Shown piece by piece: positions 1 to 13,284 of a DNA stretch of 64,000 nucleotides. A program made the position numbers and the translations under genes. Source of the DNA: the human T2T-CHM13v2.0 reference genome, Homo sapiens. Position 1 is the stretch's first letter, and each line of letters begins with the position of its first letter. The stretch lies in assembly GCF_009914755.1 (NCBI RefSeq), contig NC_060927.1. One strand, written 5' to 3'. The notes under the pieces were generated by a model. That model was given only the letters and a program-made list of their open reading frames with translations. It was not told where the DNA came from and ran no database searches.

Positions 1-1985
1 CTCTTCATAGGTGATAGGATTCTATACCTAGAAAACCCCATAGTCTCTACCAAAAAGCTCCTAGATATGATAAACAACTTCAGCAAAGTTTCTGAATACA
101 AAATCAATGCACAAAAATAAGTAGCATTGCTATATCCCAGCAATGTCCAAGCTGAGAGCCCAATCAGGAACACAATCCCATCCACAATAGCCACAAAAAG
201 AATCAAATACCCAGGAATACAGCTAACCATGGAGGTGAGAGAGTTCTACAACAAGAATTATAAAACACTACTGAAAAAGTCAGAGATTACATAAACAGAT
301 GGAAAAAACATTCCATGCAAGATTACATAAACAGATGGAAAAACATTCCATGCTCATGGATAGGAAGAATCAATACTGTTTAAATGGCTATACTGCCCAA
401 AGCAATTTACAGATTCAATACTATTTCTATCAAAGTACCAGTGAAATTCCTCACAGAATTAGAGAAAAAAACTCTCTTAAAATTCATATGGAACCATAAA
501 AGAGCCCAAATAGCCAAAGCAATCCTAAACAAAAACAACAAAGCTGGGGGCATCACATTACCCAACTTCAAACTATACTACAAGGCTACAGTAATCAAAA
601 TGGCATGATAGTAGTACAAAAACAGACACATAGACCAGTGGAACAGAATAGAGAGTCCAGAAATAAGACCACATGCCCACAACCATCTGATCTTTGACAA
701 AGTTCACAAAAACAACCAATGAGGAATGGACTCCCTATTCACTAAATGGTGCTGGGATAACTGGCTAGCCATATGCAGAAGATTGAAATTGGATGCCTTC
801 CTTACAACATATACAAAAATCAACTCAAGATGGATTAAACACTTAAATGTAAAACCTAAAACTATAAAAACCCTGGAAAATAACCTAAGAAATGCCATTC
901 TAGACATATACCCTGGCAAAGATTTCATGAAGATACCAAAAGCAATTGCAACAAAAACAAAAATTGACAAACGATCTCTAATTAAGCTGAAGAGCTTCTG
1001 CACAGCAAAAGAAACTATCAACAGAATAAACAAACAACCCACAGAATGGAAGAAAATATTTGCAAACTATGCATCTGACAAAGGTCTAATATCCAGAATC
1101 CATGAGGAATTTAAACAAATTAACAAACAAAAAACAAACAACCCTATTAAAAAGTGGGCAAAAGATAGGAACAGACCACTTCTCAAAAGAAGACATACAT
1201 GCAGCCAAAAAGCATATAAAAAAATGCTCAACATCACTAATCATTAGAGAAATGTAAATCAGAACCACAATGAGATATCATCTCACACCAGTCAGAATGG
1301 CTATTATTAAAAAGTGAAAAAATGGCAGTTGTTGGCAAGGTTGCAGAGAAAAGGGAATGCTTATGCACTGTTGGTAGGAGTGTAAATTTACTCAGCCACT
1401 GTGGAAAGTGGTTTGGTAATTTCCCAAATAACTTAAAACAGAACTACCATTCAACCCAACAATCCCATTACTAGGCATATACCCAAAGGAATATAAATCA
1501 TTCTACCATAAATACATATGCATGCATATGTTCATCACAGCACTATTCACAATAGCAAAGACATTGAATCAACCTAGATGCCCACCAACAGTAGACTGGA
1601 TAAAGAAAATGTGGTACATATACACCACAGAACACTACACAGACATAAAGAAGGAGGTCATGTCCTTTGTAGCAACAAGGATGGAACTAGAGAACCTTAT
1701 CCTAAGTGAACTAATGCAGAAGCAGAAAACCAAATACTACATATTCTCACCTTTAAGTGGCAGCTAAACATTGAGTACACATGGACACAAAGCAGGGAAC
1801 AACAGACACTGGGGCCTATTTGAGAGTGGAGGGTGGGAGGAGGGTGAGACTCAAAAAACTATCAACAAGTACCATCCTTATTACCTGAGTGATTAAAAAA
1901 TCTGTACACCAAACACCCGTGACATGTAACTTACCTGCACATGTACCCCGAAACTAAAATAAAAGTTTAAATAAAATAAAATAAA
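1..1985 (+). mobile_element. LINE-1 3' portion (degenerate ORF2 RT/C-terminus, 3'UTR, A-rich tail), L1PA15/16-like; runs off the window start
   Basis: ORF fragments match L1 ORF2 ([12 protein letters not shown]..., [27 protein letters not shown]). The 3'UTR has GGGTGGGAGGAGGG and ...CTGCACATGTACCCC...AATAAAAGTT followed by an (AAAAT)n tail. Many stops and frameshifts. Confidence 0.95.
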
Positions 1986-1999
1986 TTGCTCTCTGGTGT

Positions 2000-2750
2000 A
2001 GTTTTACCATTTGACATTCCTACCAGTAGTGGATAGGAATTGCTGTTTGTGGTGTCTCCTGACCTGATGTGTGGTGGTTTCATTCATGAGGTTTGTCTGT
2101 TTTATATTGTAAGCTCCTCTTCATCGGGGCATTAGCTCTGTGGAATTCTATGTGCCCTGGATTATGAAAGGATTCCTGCTGAGAAGTTTTATAGTTGCTT
2201 ATACTGTAGCCTCCAGGGTTTCAATGATCCTTGACCAGGTTATGATAAATTCTCAGCTTGGATGTCCTGAACCAGATAGATAGTTTAAATTTGAATCACA
2301 TGCCTTTACATACTTCAGGCCAGGAAATTTAGTTTTTCGAGTGATTTTTTTTTTCTACCTAAGGCTCTGGACAAATGGTGGCAAACTTCCATGTTGCCTC
2401 CCCTGGCCAATTTGTGCTGTTTTCCAGTATGCCTTTTATGAGCAGGGCAGCTCTTGGAGTTTCCAGGCTTTACACAGGCTTCCTCCTCTCTCTATCACCT
2501 GTGGTCTGGAGGTCACATAACCAGTCCTCATGTGTACATTAGAGGCCTGGCCCCAAGCCTTATATGGAACCCAAATGCCCATGAGTCTTCTTAGCATCAG
2601 GTCTCCCTTACTCACCCCCTCACAATAGCTTTCATCTCCTTTTCTTTCTGCTACACTTGAGATTGTCTTTTCTTTCTTTCAAGTTGAGCAATAGGGCTTT
2701 ACCAATTTTTTTTTTTATCTAGCATGTCTACATATTCTAAGTTAAAGGGG
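2000..2750 (-). mobile_element. Highly decayed old L1M/HAL1-type fragment
   Basis: T-rich sequence with patches resembling remembered antisense L1ME/HAL1 5' consensus; weak match. Confidence 0.35.
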
Positions 2751-4074
2751 GGATGATCAATTAACTTAGGCTGTCATGTGACTGAGAGTCTTCTAACATG
2801 ATTAAGGTCACTTTCTAGTCTGATACACTACAATTTTAAGTAATTACTCTATAACAGACAAGTGAAGGAAGAGACACATTATGTAACAAGATCTAAAGAA
2901 CCATACATACCTGGGTAAAAATGATGCCTAGTTCCCCTTAATAGTTGACTCCTATCACCTGTTACTTAACCTGACTCTGATACTCAGCCATTCATTGTAA
3001 ACCCACTCACTCTTAGGTCAGAAATTTTCCCGGGGTATGCATAACATGATTCTTCAGTCTTTGCAGCCACAGAGGCACTGAAGAGTGAAGGCTAACAGCT
3101 TGTGCTTGATGCATTCTCCCTCTTCATCACATATGTGTCTTGTCAGGAAAGGTCAGTGAGTAGGTACATGCTTTATTCAAATTCCCCCACACAAGATCTG
3201 ACTTCTTCCACACCCAGAATAATCTTATTTCAGTAAACCTGCCACAATGAACTCCCTACACTGCCCTCCCTAACTGCTTGACCATACCAAAACAAGGCTT
3301 GAGAACATGCAGCCTGGTGTACAGGGGGCCTTCTGTTACGGTCCTGGGCTGCTGGCTTATCATGGCAATCCTCAGTACTTCATGTCCCTCCTTCTGTCTT
3401 CATAACAGTTATTTGCAGGCATGTCATTTCCACAGAAGGCTATAAACTCTTTGACAGTGGTGTTTACCTCTGCATATCCCATTATAGCTATCACAATGGC
3501 TAATACATGTAAGTACTCAATAAATTATTCTTGGATATGTTATAGCCAACCAGACACCATAAGTTGTGGGCACCCCCTTCCTAAATTCCCCTCATAGGAC
3601 CCTGGTTGGCCCACAACCCTTCCTTTCATTGTTAACCTCCTATCCTTGGCATGTGCCAACCTTTAGCTAAGGTGAAGGGCTGAAGACCATCTCTTTTAAA
3701 GACATCTGCTACAGCATGAAGACCAATAGCCACATAAATGGAGTCAAGAGGGTTTCTTTGACTTCATATTGGGCACAAATGGTTGAAAACCTGTGAGGGA
3801 AGGTTCTCTCTCCACTATGAGGAATGTGAGAAGTACACTTTTGTGAGAGGAGGCAAAACAAGGGGGAGAAGCACAGTGAGGGTTTGTTGGAGTGGGCCCT
3901 CCAGCTTGGCTGGTGAGGACACAGTAAGTACAAATGCTTGTAGAATCCAACTTCAAATTACGAATCAAGCACCTGAAATGCCCATGGGCTTTTTCTTGTC
4001 ACCTGACTTCTAGAAACAGAACCTAACAAAATAAAGCAAAAATAGGGGTGGGTGGGAACATATGCTTTAACAGT

Positions 4075-4450
4075 GTCATTTCAATGATATAATGAAAATT
4101 TTAAAATGGCAAGCAATCTAAATATCAAAACACTCAAGAAAGGGTTATGTAAATTATATTTTCACTAGAGGAAACATGCAGTCATTAAAACTATGGTTAT
4201 AAAGGCCATATAGCACCATGAAAAATGCTTATGACTGAATATAAGTGAAAAAAATAAAAGAAAATGTTTTATATACAGTAGGATTACTACTAGATTTTAA
4301 AAGAAGGTGCATAGCAGAAAGCTTAGTAGGAAATATATCAACATGCTAACAGCAATTCTGTTATGTTGTTAGTATTATGGGTACTTTTCCTTTTCCTTTG
4401 AAATGTAGTTCTATTACCTTTAGAATGAGATACATTACACATAAATGTTC
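4075..4450 (+). mobile_element. Old L1ME/L1MC 3'-end fragment
   Basis: Motifs GCAATCTAAATATC, ATGCAGTCATTAAAA, TAAGTGAAAAAA and GGAAATATATCAACATGCTAACAG are typical of decayed L1M 3'UTRs. Confidence 0.55.
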
Positions 4451-5637
4451 CAACTTTTTTTAAAATTGGAAAAAGAGTCAATCCTGGTGAAAAGCAGAAA
4501 TGTTTTCCTCCATTCTTCCTCCCTTTCTTCCTTCCTTCTTTTTCTTCTTTCTTCGATAGGGTGAACAAAGGGGAACAGTTTAAAAATCAGGAAGAAGAAG
4601 TTTACTAAAAGTGTAAACTTCTTGAATAATTCTTTTTCCCTTTTGTATTAACAAAGGTAGAGAAAAATCCTGAAGAGAAACAGACACTGAAACCAGCAGC
4701 GAGGCTGTTCAGGGAGGTGGCACTGGGCATAGGTGCAATCAGTGAGTTTCAGGGAAATGCAGCAATCAGCAGCCCCGTGGAAACCAAGTGTCACGGGTAT
4801 GCAGAATGATGGCAAAAGTTAATTTGGGGAAATGAGGGGCAAACATGGGCTAATCAGCATCGAATGACTGGGTAAAATACTATTTACAAAACACTATGGA
4901 TGCTTTCCTGCTTTATCTAACCAGAATACAAAAAAACAGCTCCCACTGATTTTTGCTATGTTGTTGCTAGCAATGAATGTGGATTAAAGGATGAAGCAGG
5001 GATTGATTGTTATCTCTCATGGGCCTTGGGCTTGTACACATGAACTGTTCCCAGACACTTAGTTCAATCTCTGGTCACCAGTCAGGTCGTCCACATACCT
5101 GGAAACTGAAGTCTGATTAACTGCTCCCTCATGGTGCTCTCACAGGCTCAGCCTGCATGCTCGGCAGGCCCACAACTAAATCATGGTTGGTTTGGGAATT
5201 AACTCTTTTCCTGTCCATCTGCCTATCAACCATCTATATGTCTTATACAGCTCCATATCCAGGCAGGTCTTGGAAAGAAGAAGCCATGTGTCTAAGATAG
5301 CCCTTCTACAGCATCGACAGCCATGTTTGGGACAGTCAACCTGAGATCGTCGTCTTAGTCAAAAGATGGTGGAATCCTGAGGGACTGGCCTGAGTAAGGT
5401 GGGTCATTACCATCCACTCTGGCAGTCCTTGTTCAGGGTAATAACCAGGAAGCATACAGCCAGAGACTGAAAGAGAAGAGGCCACTACTGTTGTGGTAAG
5501 AGTGTTAGGAAGCCTGGGATCATAGGCACCTACAGAAGCTTGGAGCAGAAGTTTCTCTGACAGATGTCAAGGGCCTCTGCTACCTCTAAATTAGAGCTTT
5601 CCAGCTTTAAACTCTCAGTCCTATTCATCTGATTGAT

Positions 5638-5690
5638 TTTTGTTCTGTTTTGTTGTTGTTGTTGTTGTTGTTGTTGTTTGCTTGTTTGTA
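5638..5690. repeat. (TTG)n microsatellite
   Basis: Directly visible TTG run; explains the polyQ in ORF 5530..5811. Confidence 0.95.
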
Positions 5691-6187
5691 CTTTTGAAAC
5701 TCCTTCATAATCGAGTCCTTTTTCTTGGATAGAGAAGGTAGTCTTGACAGAAAATTGAAGTCTCCAACACTTGACACTTGCCATTTTGTGCCATCCTTGC
5801 CTCTTCTTCATAACACCAATCAGAACCCAGACTAGGAGTAGCTATGGGGTGGGGTGGGAACAGCCTAGAGCAGCCTGGCAAGTGCCTTGAATGTGTGTTA
5901 AAGCTCAGGGCCTCACAGAGGCCTGGGTCAACCTCCAATGCCAGATCCCACCCAGAAAGGCGATAAGCACAATGTCCTTGTTTTCACCTCACTCATCTAA
6001 GTCTAGCCAGGATGAAATGTGCCTTAGACAGAACTGCTTCTTACTTTCCTCCAATGTGTCCTTTCTGGATTATTTTATATTCATAGGTTTCCCTCCCTAC
6101 TTTTTCAAGTGTGGGATCACCCATCAACAGCAGCTGCTAAGAAATTATCTGTACTAGATGTGTGTACTTTAGTGAGAACTAACCTAA

Positions 6188-6482
6188 TGGTGTTTCTCAA
6201 ATGAAAACATCCATGAGTATCACTCAGAATTATTTTAGACAATGCACAGAAAACAATATTAATAGTTACATGTTTATTTTAATGTCGATTAAATATAATA
6301 AAATTAAAGCAATCATAACAAGCTTATGAGTTTATCACTATTAGTTAAAATAAGGCTAAGATAGGTAATTAAAATTAAAATAAGTTTAAAGAAAAGTATT
6401 AAGTAATATCATTGGTGACATCTGCATATAACAAAAACCATAAGAAAGTGGGGCTTGATAATTGAAATTTGGGAAATACTCT
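6188..6482. mobile_element. hAT-Charlie MITE, MER113-like
   Basis: Ends GTGTTTCTCAAA ... TTTGGGAAATACT resemble Charlie terminal inverted repeats; AT-rich interior matches remembered MER113. Confidence 0.6.
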
Positions 6483-7672
6483 GTAAATTACCTCCTTTAG
6501 ATAATTTCACATTAAGCCTAAATCTGAGTAGGAATAAAAAGATTTGTCCCTCATTAATTCACATCAAGCAGACTGGGAAGGTGGACTTAGGGGAGGCAGC
6601 CTCCTGGCCCTGCTGAAAGGTACCCACAGACAGGAGCACACACTGCTGAGATATAAGGCTAGGCTTGTTTCAGCGGCACAAATGATTGGGAGTTCTGCCA
6701 AGAATGAAACAGACTATCCCGCAGCTGTTATCTCATTTGTATGAGTAATATGAAAAACACTGCACAATTTAATATGCCATCTTATACTTTTATTCTTATC
6801 TCACCAGTAGGGCAGGTGATGATGGTATACACGTTCGAAAGCCAATGCAGACTGGTACAGAGGGAGGGCCCCAAGAAATGATGTTAGCTGCTATCTGAGC
6901 TGAATAAAATGACATGAGCATGGATATTATTTTATAAAGGCAATCTCACTTGTATCTTTGCCAGTGAGATCTTAATCACAGCATGCAATGGAAGTGAATA
7001 CCTCCTTTCCTGGTTATCTGGGTGCAGGATGACTGCCTCACCATCACTGGGAGAATGGTTATCTGTTATTTCACTTGTGAGAGACCAACAAGAACATTAT
7101 CAGGGCATTTGTAACCAAACGTGTGTGGCTCCAAATGATAATGGAAGGGGAAAGCGGCTCATCTCCAAGGATATGGAGATAATGCCACTTGTGGTGGGAG
7201 GAGATGGATGGTATTGTTGAAAGTGGTTTCAAATATTGGGAACTGATTAAGAATCTCTCACAGCAGCTCAAATTTTGGCTCAGGAGAAGAGATAAATAAA
7301 TAAGAGGACGTGGGTGAAGAAAGAGACCCTGGATGAGCGAGTGATCATCTCAACCCCTTCAACCTTAAAAGAAATGTGGTTAAATAAATCTTTCATGACT
7401 CTCTGTATCTGAAGATGAACTACAGCAACCTTCAAACTACTGAGGGACACAAATAACATTTTTTCTTTCTCTTATTCTCAATCTTATTTATCTTTTCTTA
7501 TTTTCTTTTTAAACAGCCAAGATCTCAAATAAGCTTTCAACAAATAAAACTGTTAAGACATTAAACAAAAAAGACGGGTTTGGGGGCACAAATTCTTTCC
7601 TGTAAAAGACACTAGAAAGAGGCTCCCTACTATAATACAGAAAGTTAACCCCAAAATAATCCATTCCTGTAA

Positions 7673-8096
<424 letters not shown>

Positions 8097-8199
8097 CAAA
8101 AATCATTTTTTTTCTCTCCCATGAAGTCTGAAGTCCAAAGTGTTAATGCTCTGACTTTATTTCTTTTTCTCTCTTTCTCTTTTTTTGTTTCTTTTTTAA

Positions 8200-8850
8200 C
8201 TTCACTTCTATCTCAATGGAATGATTAATCATGAAGATATTACTTATAACATTCAAACAAAACAGAAGTTTATTTAAAAGTCAATTAATTCCTCCTACCC
8301 TCAAACTCTCTCCCTTGAGGTAACTAATGTCAGTAGCTTAAGGTAATTGTTTTCATAACTTTTTTTAGGCCTCAATAATACACTTAATTTTTCCCTATAA
8401 TAGAGATCCATTCAAGTCAATAAATATAAATCCAAGTCATGCTTTTTACTGGCATTATAATATTCTGTATGGTAAATGTATTGTAAGTTATTCAGTCATC
8501 CCCAAAATGATGAACATTCATGTTCTCCAACTCACAGTCTTTTTTATAATCACTGCTGCAATAACTACCTTTGTATTTTTCTTTTATGTATTACTACCTT
8601 TATTTCTCTGAAATAATGAAATTATTGGATCAAAAGATACGTGCATTGTTATTTTTTTAAATATGTTTAAATTACTTCTTAATAAGGTGCTAGCTACTCA
8701 CAAACCTACAAACAATAAATGAAAGAGCTAATTTTCCCCACACCACCTCAAGCTTTGGCAATCGTCAATCATTTATGTTTTGCCAATCCACTGAGTAAAG
8801 ATGGCATTCCATTTTTTCAATTTTCATTTTTCTGATTTCCATAAGAAGAT
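8200..8850 (-). mobile_element. Old L1ME antisense fragment
   Basis: Decayed antisense L1 3' motifs (GAAATTATTGGATCAAAAGAT, TTTTGCCAATC..., TTTCATTTTTCTGATT). Confidence 0.55.
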
Positions 8851-9714
8851 CTTCCCCACCCCAGGAGCATATATGTTAATACTTGGAGGTTTTTTTGCAT
8901 TCTTAATTTTATTTTGTTAAATTCCATAAAATGGAGAAATAGGATATACCTCGACGTGATCACTCAATTGGTTTCTGGAGATGTGGTCTTCTTGATATCA
9001 CTCTATCATAACCTGGTTTTTTCAGCCCAAGCAACAGGCAAATAAATAATTCTTCCATCCCTCCTCCCAAAAAACAGTCAGTAAATATCAATAAGACAAC
9101 TGAACTAAATAAAGTATACATCCTTTAGGGAAGGTGCAAGAAGTAGCATAAAAAATAGAAGAAGCAAGCTGTCAAAAGTCCAGGACATTGACACTCAATC
9201 CCCACATGAGTGTCTAGACCTGATCCACCATTGAATCCCCACAGCAGCCCTCTCAGGGACTTGTACAGATTAAACACTTCAACAAGTATGCTTTTACTGG
9301 TTAGATGGATGGTTGGATGAATGGTTATCAAATAAAACTTTAACAAGCACATCTCCCACTAGAAAATTAACTAAGAACAAATGTGAAGGAATTAGTGCTC
9401 AAAATTAAAACTCCTACAAATATAGTCTATATGCAATTAGTAGTTTACATTTCGCTCATCTATGTAACAAAATCTATCTCTCAATTCATTCACAGCATGA
9501 TTAAATTGCTTTCACAGAAACGTTTTCCACTTCAAGTAACAAAGAACTCTTAAGTAGCAGCCATCTGAGGTGGAAGTCATCGAGCCCAAAGGAAATCTAT
9601 TTACCCTGTCTGGTCACTGAATGGCAAAAATGAGTCGCTCCTGATATGATTGTTGTGACAATATTAGAAACTGTGATACTACAGATGGCAAAAGGCTTTC
9701 TATACATTTTCACA

Positions 9715-9840
9715 TATAATTCCCACACCCATTCTACAGATGAAGAAACTGAGTTCGAAAGAAGTTAAATTAATGGCCTGGCCTGAACAACGAAACCAAG
9801 ATTTAAATCAAGGGTTTTCTCTCTGTGAATCCCATTCTCT
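9715..9840 (-). mobile_element. MIR
   Basis: MIR core CCCATTCTACAGATGAAGAAACTGAG...GAAGTTAA. Confidence 0.75.
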
Positions 9841-10458
9841 TGTCACTTGAGTAAATATATTCACCACCAACACCACAAACCTCATTCCCTAGCAAAGATG
9901 GAAAATAAAATTACGTGGTTATTGTCCCCTAAAGGGATAGTTACTTTTTACCTTCCAGGGATCTACACTTGAGCTTGCTTCTCTTTTGTCTGTTTGATAA
10001 AACCCACAGATTATCTTTAAATGGCACCAGAATCTTCGCCTTCCAATACATGGGTGTAGTTGAATTTTAAGCAGCAGAGACTTCTGTTTAAGCAACATAT
10101 CTTACACCACGGTTACACCTCCACATTAGGGAGGTAGGAGGGGGACTGAACTCAGTCAAGTGAGGGATTCTTCTGAAATAATTGTAACAAGTAAGAATGT
10201 TGGTCCATGAACTCCAAGTGTAAAAGAATTATGACTTTCTATCAGTGAGCTTTGGGCAAGGTGGGGCTAGGGTGCAGCTATACATCTTCCTGGCATCTGT
10301 TGAAATGTCTTCACTACCGATTTGGGTGATCAGACCATGCAAGTCACTGCTGGGCCATTCTTGACTCCCAACACAAGCCTCCTTTGGATCTGGCCTCTTC
10401 TACCTCCCACCCCTCTGCCACATTCACTTCACAATGATACCCAGGACACTCAATGTGG

Positions 10459-10463
<5 letters not shown>

Positions 10464-10508
<45 letters not shown>
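10464..10508. repeat. (CT)n microsatellite
   Basis: About 22 CT units directly visible. Confidence 0.97.
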
Positions 10509-10512
<4 letters not shown>

Positions 10513-10651
10513 TTCTAAGCCCACAAGCATCCTCAGGAATGGATATTCTCTTCTAGGCTACCCTAGGCCCTTTGCACCCCAACCCATAGCAACTCCCAGT
10601 CTTGGGTCTTGCCCTTCCCTAGTTCCTATCAAGGAAAGAAAACCCCTAAAC

Positions 10652-10846
10652 CAGTAATTCTCAACCAGGACTGTTCCCATCCCCCATGGGATATTTTGGA
10701 AATTTGTGGACGTATTAATTTGTTGTCACAATTATGGGAGTAATATTACCCATGAATTTCATTTTACTTCAGGATAGTAAAGAGAACTTCATAAAATATT
10801 TACTACATAAAGGAGTTGTTAGTTTTAATAAGGTTGAGGATCACTG
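10652..10846. mobile_element. hAT-Charlie MITE, MER20/MER20B-like
   Basis: Terminal inverted repeats CAGTAATTCTCAACC ... GGTTGAGGATCACTG; internal TTGTTGTCACAAT. Confidence 0.7.
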
Positions 10847-11940
10847 CCTTCAACTGACTGTTCTTCTGTCCTCTTCCCAGGATACACTGAAAAAGGGTAA
10901 CCACAGAGTCCTATGTTCTTGGGACCCTCACCCTCTTTTCACTCCCACTTACCCTCAGCTCTCCCTTCCTCCAGTCTTGGAAAATCCTATCCAATACTAG
11001 TGTACAGAAAGCCCAGTTGTGACTCCCTCTGACTTCACTATTCCTTGAAGCCCTTCACAGTCTCAGTGTTTTACACCCAAAGCCTGGCCAATGTTTCTGC
11101 TGTCATTTGCCTTCCCTGAGGCAAAGCTGCTCCAGGGTCCAGCTGCCCAGATAGGGCAAGGGTCCCCAGGTAAGGAATGGAATAGGAAAAACACGCCTGC
11201 TAGTATTTCCAATGTTATTCCACCACATAATCAAGAAAATACCTGATTACCAAGTGGTCATTTGAACCAGGTTCCAGAATGGTTTTATGGCCCCATCACG
11301 ACCACAATACAGGATAGTTACTTAAGTGTGTACAAAGCTACTAGATGAATCTGACATTGCTAACAGCTGCAGCACCATCAAAAGATAGCAGACCCCTAAC
11401 CAAGAGGATTTTATCAAGCATCAGGCTTGCATCTCCTTACCCTCTTCACCCAGAGAGCTCTTATTGGCCTTCAGGCCCTCGCCACAAACTCTCCTGATCC
11501 TGTTTACACAGAATCAATTGTTCTTGCTTCTGCTTCCCCATGGCACTTTTTAGAGTTCAGATCTAATGTGTTACATGCAGTAAGAGCTGTAGGTTTACCT
11601 CTGCATGTCTCCCTCTAGACTCTGAGCTTCTTTTGGGCAGAGGCCTTGTCATATTCACTCCTAAATTACCAAACTTCAGCATTGTACCCCTAGTTTAGCC
11701 CCCAGCATCCAAGGACTAAAAAAGAAAAAAAAATCAATCTAGTGCAATAGGCAGGACAGCTCTGAACCCATCTAAGAAATAACATGTTTCTTAGTGTTTC
11801 TGACCACATAAATGTGAGTCAGCCCCAGCTACAAGGGTTGATGGGGAATTTTGGGAGATTCCTCACCCCACTTCTTGGGATCACCCAGGGAGTCCTGTGA
11901 AAATTCATGCAGCCCAGAATAATTGAGGCAGATATCTTGT

Positions 11941-12320
11941 TGTTGTTCCAGGTGCAACTGGCTGGGGCCAGCATCACAGGTGGTAAAAGAATTTACCAAG
12001 ACAGTCATGGGTAAGAAAGGCAGATTTATTAGAGAAAGTACAAAGATAGATGGCAAGAAAGCAATGGGCAGCACAGCACAGAAGGGACTGTCTGCCAAGA
12101 GACAGGGGCTGGAGGGAAGTTTTATAGGGTAATACTGCAGGGGCTACATGCAGATAAGGTGTGCAGATAAGGTATTGCTGCTGGGGCTACAAGCAGAATG
12201 AGGTATTTTGGAACAGAATGTTTTGCCAGTGGGTTGTCTGTGATTAGCAGTCACTCAGAACAATTGTTCTCCCCGAACTGGGACCACTTCCTTGTTGTTG
12301 CTTACTTATTAGGACTCCAG
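11941..12320 (-). mobile_element. Solo LTR, ERVL class (LTR32/LTR42-like)
   Basis: Minus strand reads T(C)TGGAGTCCTAATAAGTAAGCAACAAC..., with a TATA box (TTTTATAGG on +, 12120) and AATAAA (TTTATT on +, 12025). Exact subfamily uncertain. Confidence 0.7.
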
Positions 12321-12339
12321 AGTTTTTCAGTTCCTAGTG

Positions 12340-12502
12340 TAATGGATAAACTACCTAATTTATAGAGCCCAGTACAGAATAAAAATGCAGGGCCCCTTGT
12401 TCAAAAAGTATGAAGAATTTCAATATGATGACAACAGAGCATGAAACCAAGCAGGAGGCCCTATACCACTGCACAGGTCACATGCCCATGAAGTCAGCTC
12501 TA
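12340..12502 (-). mobile_element. MER45A (hAT-Tip100)
   Basis: AAAAATGCAGGGCCCCTTGTTCAAAAA and CTGCACAGGTCACATGCCCATGAAG match the reverse complement of remembered MER45A. Confidence 0.85.
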
Positions 12503-12890
12503 CTAGTGGGTATCCCTCCCATACTCCCAGCTCCAGAGCACAGGTGGTCTGTTCAGAAGCATGGGACTTCCCTGTGCCCTTGCCTGTTATAATGGGAGCC
12601 CATGTCCTGAGGTCACAGTGCCCAGGTCTACCCCCATGGGCATACAACTGGGACACTGCCTAAGCAGGGGCTGGGTGTCTGCCACACAAGAAATGCATTA
12701 TCTTCCATCTCCCACCTCTCAGAATGAACTCTTCCTGTCCCTGGCCCACAGAAGTCTTTCATCCCCAGAGAGCAAGCCAGTCCCCTCTCCAGGCAGAAAG
12801 ACCACCCTCCCTTTCTCCACTTCAGAGCCTTTTCCTTGATAAGCCTCTCCTTCCTAACAAAGGCCTGAGGTGGAGTATTTTTCTTCACAG

Positions 12891-12993
12891 AGGCCCCCTT
12901 AAATACAAAGAAGTGGTGCAAGAGGATCCTAAACCCAGAATATAAACCAAAGGGACAAGGTGGGCAACTCAGCCTCATTGTAGGGAGATGACG
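12891..12993 (+). other. Candidate non-coding exon (103 nt)
   Basis: Branch-like CCTAAC (12853), acceptor TTTTTCTTCACAG|, donor ACG|GTGAGT; stops in all three frames. Confidence 0.35.
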
Positions 12994-13048
12994 GTGAGTT
13001 ATAGGTATGAGGAATGAACACTCAACATGTCATCCAAAGGGGTGACGA

Positions 13049-13243
13049 TGGTGGTGTGCTAGTAAATGTTTAACTGGCTTACTGAGAGAAAAAAAATCTG
13101 ACTTATAGCTTTTCGTGGTATAAATACCCTCATCATGGCCGACTTCAGTGTTCTCAACCTACCAATGTAAAGCTGCTGAACATAGAACTGCTGAGCACAA
13201 ATCTCTCTCAAAGGCCAGAGAGAGCCAGTTCCAGCCTACCACA
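13049..13243 (-). mobile_element. MER63A (hAT-Blackjack)
   Basis: GTGGTGTGCTAGTAAATGTTTAAC ... CATCATGGCCGACTTC ... GAGCCAGTTCCAGC matches remembered MER63A. Confidence 0.8.
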
Positions 13244-13284
13244 GAGCAGCCACCACTGGCTGCAGCCCAGTATTAGCATGTGGA

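Noticed and set aside
299-1767. ORFs with RT/L1-like peptides as genes
   Set aside because: Frameshifted fragments of a dead L1 ORF2; the same applies to ORFs within 21.6-36.6 kb.
5530-5811. PolyQ-containing ORF
   Set aside because: The Q run is the (TTG)n microsatellite read on the minus strand.
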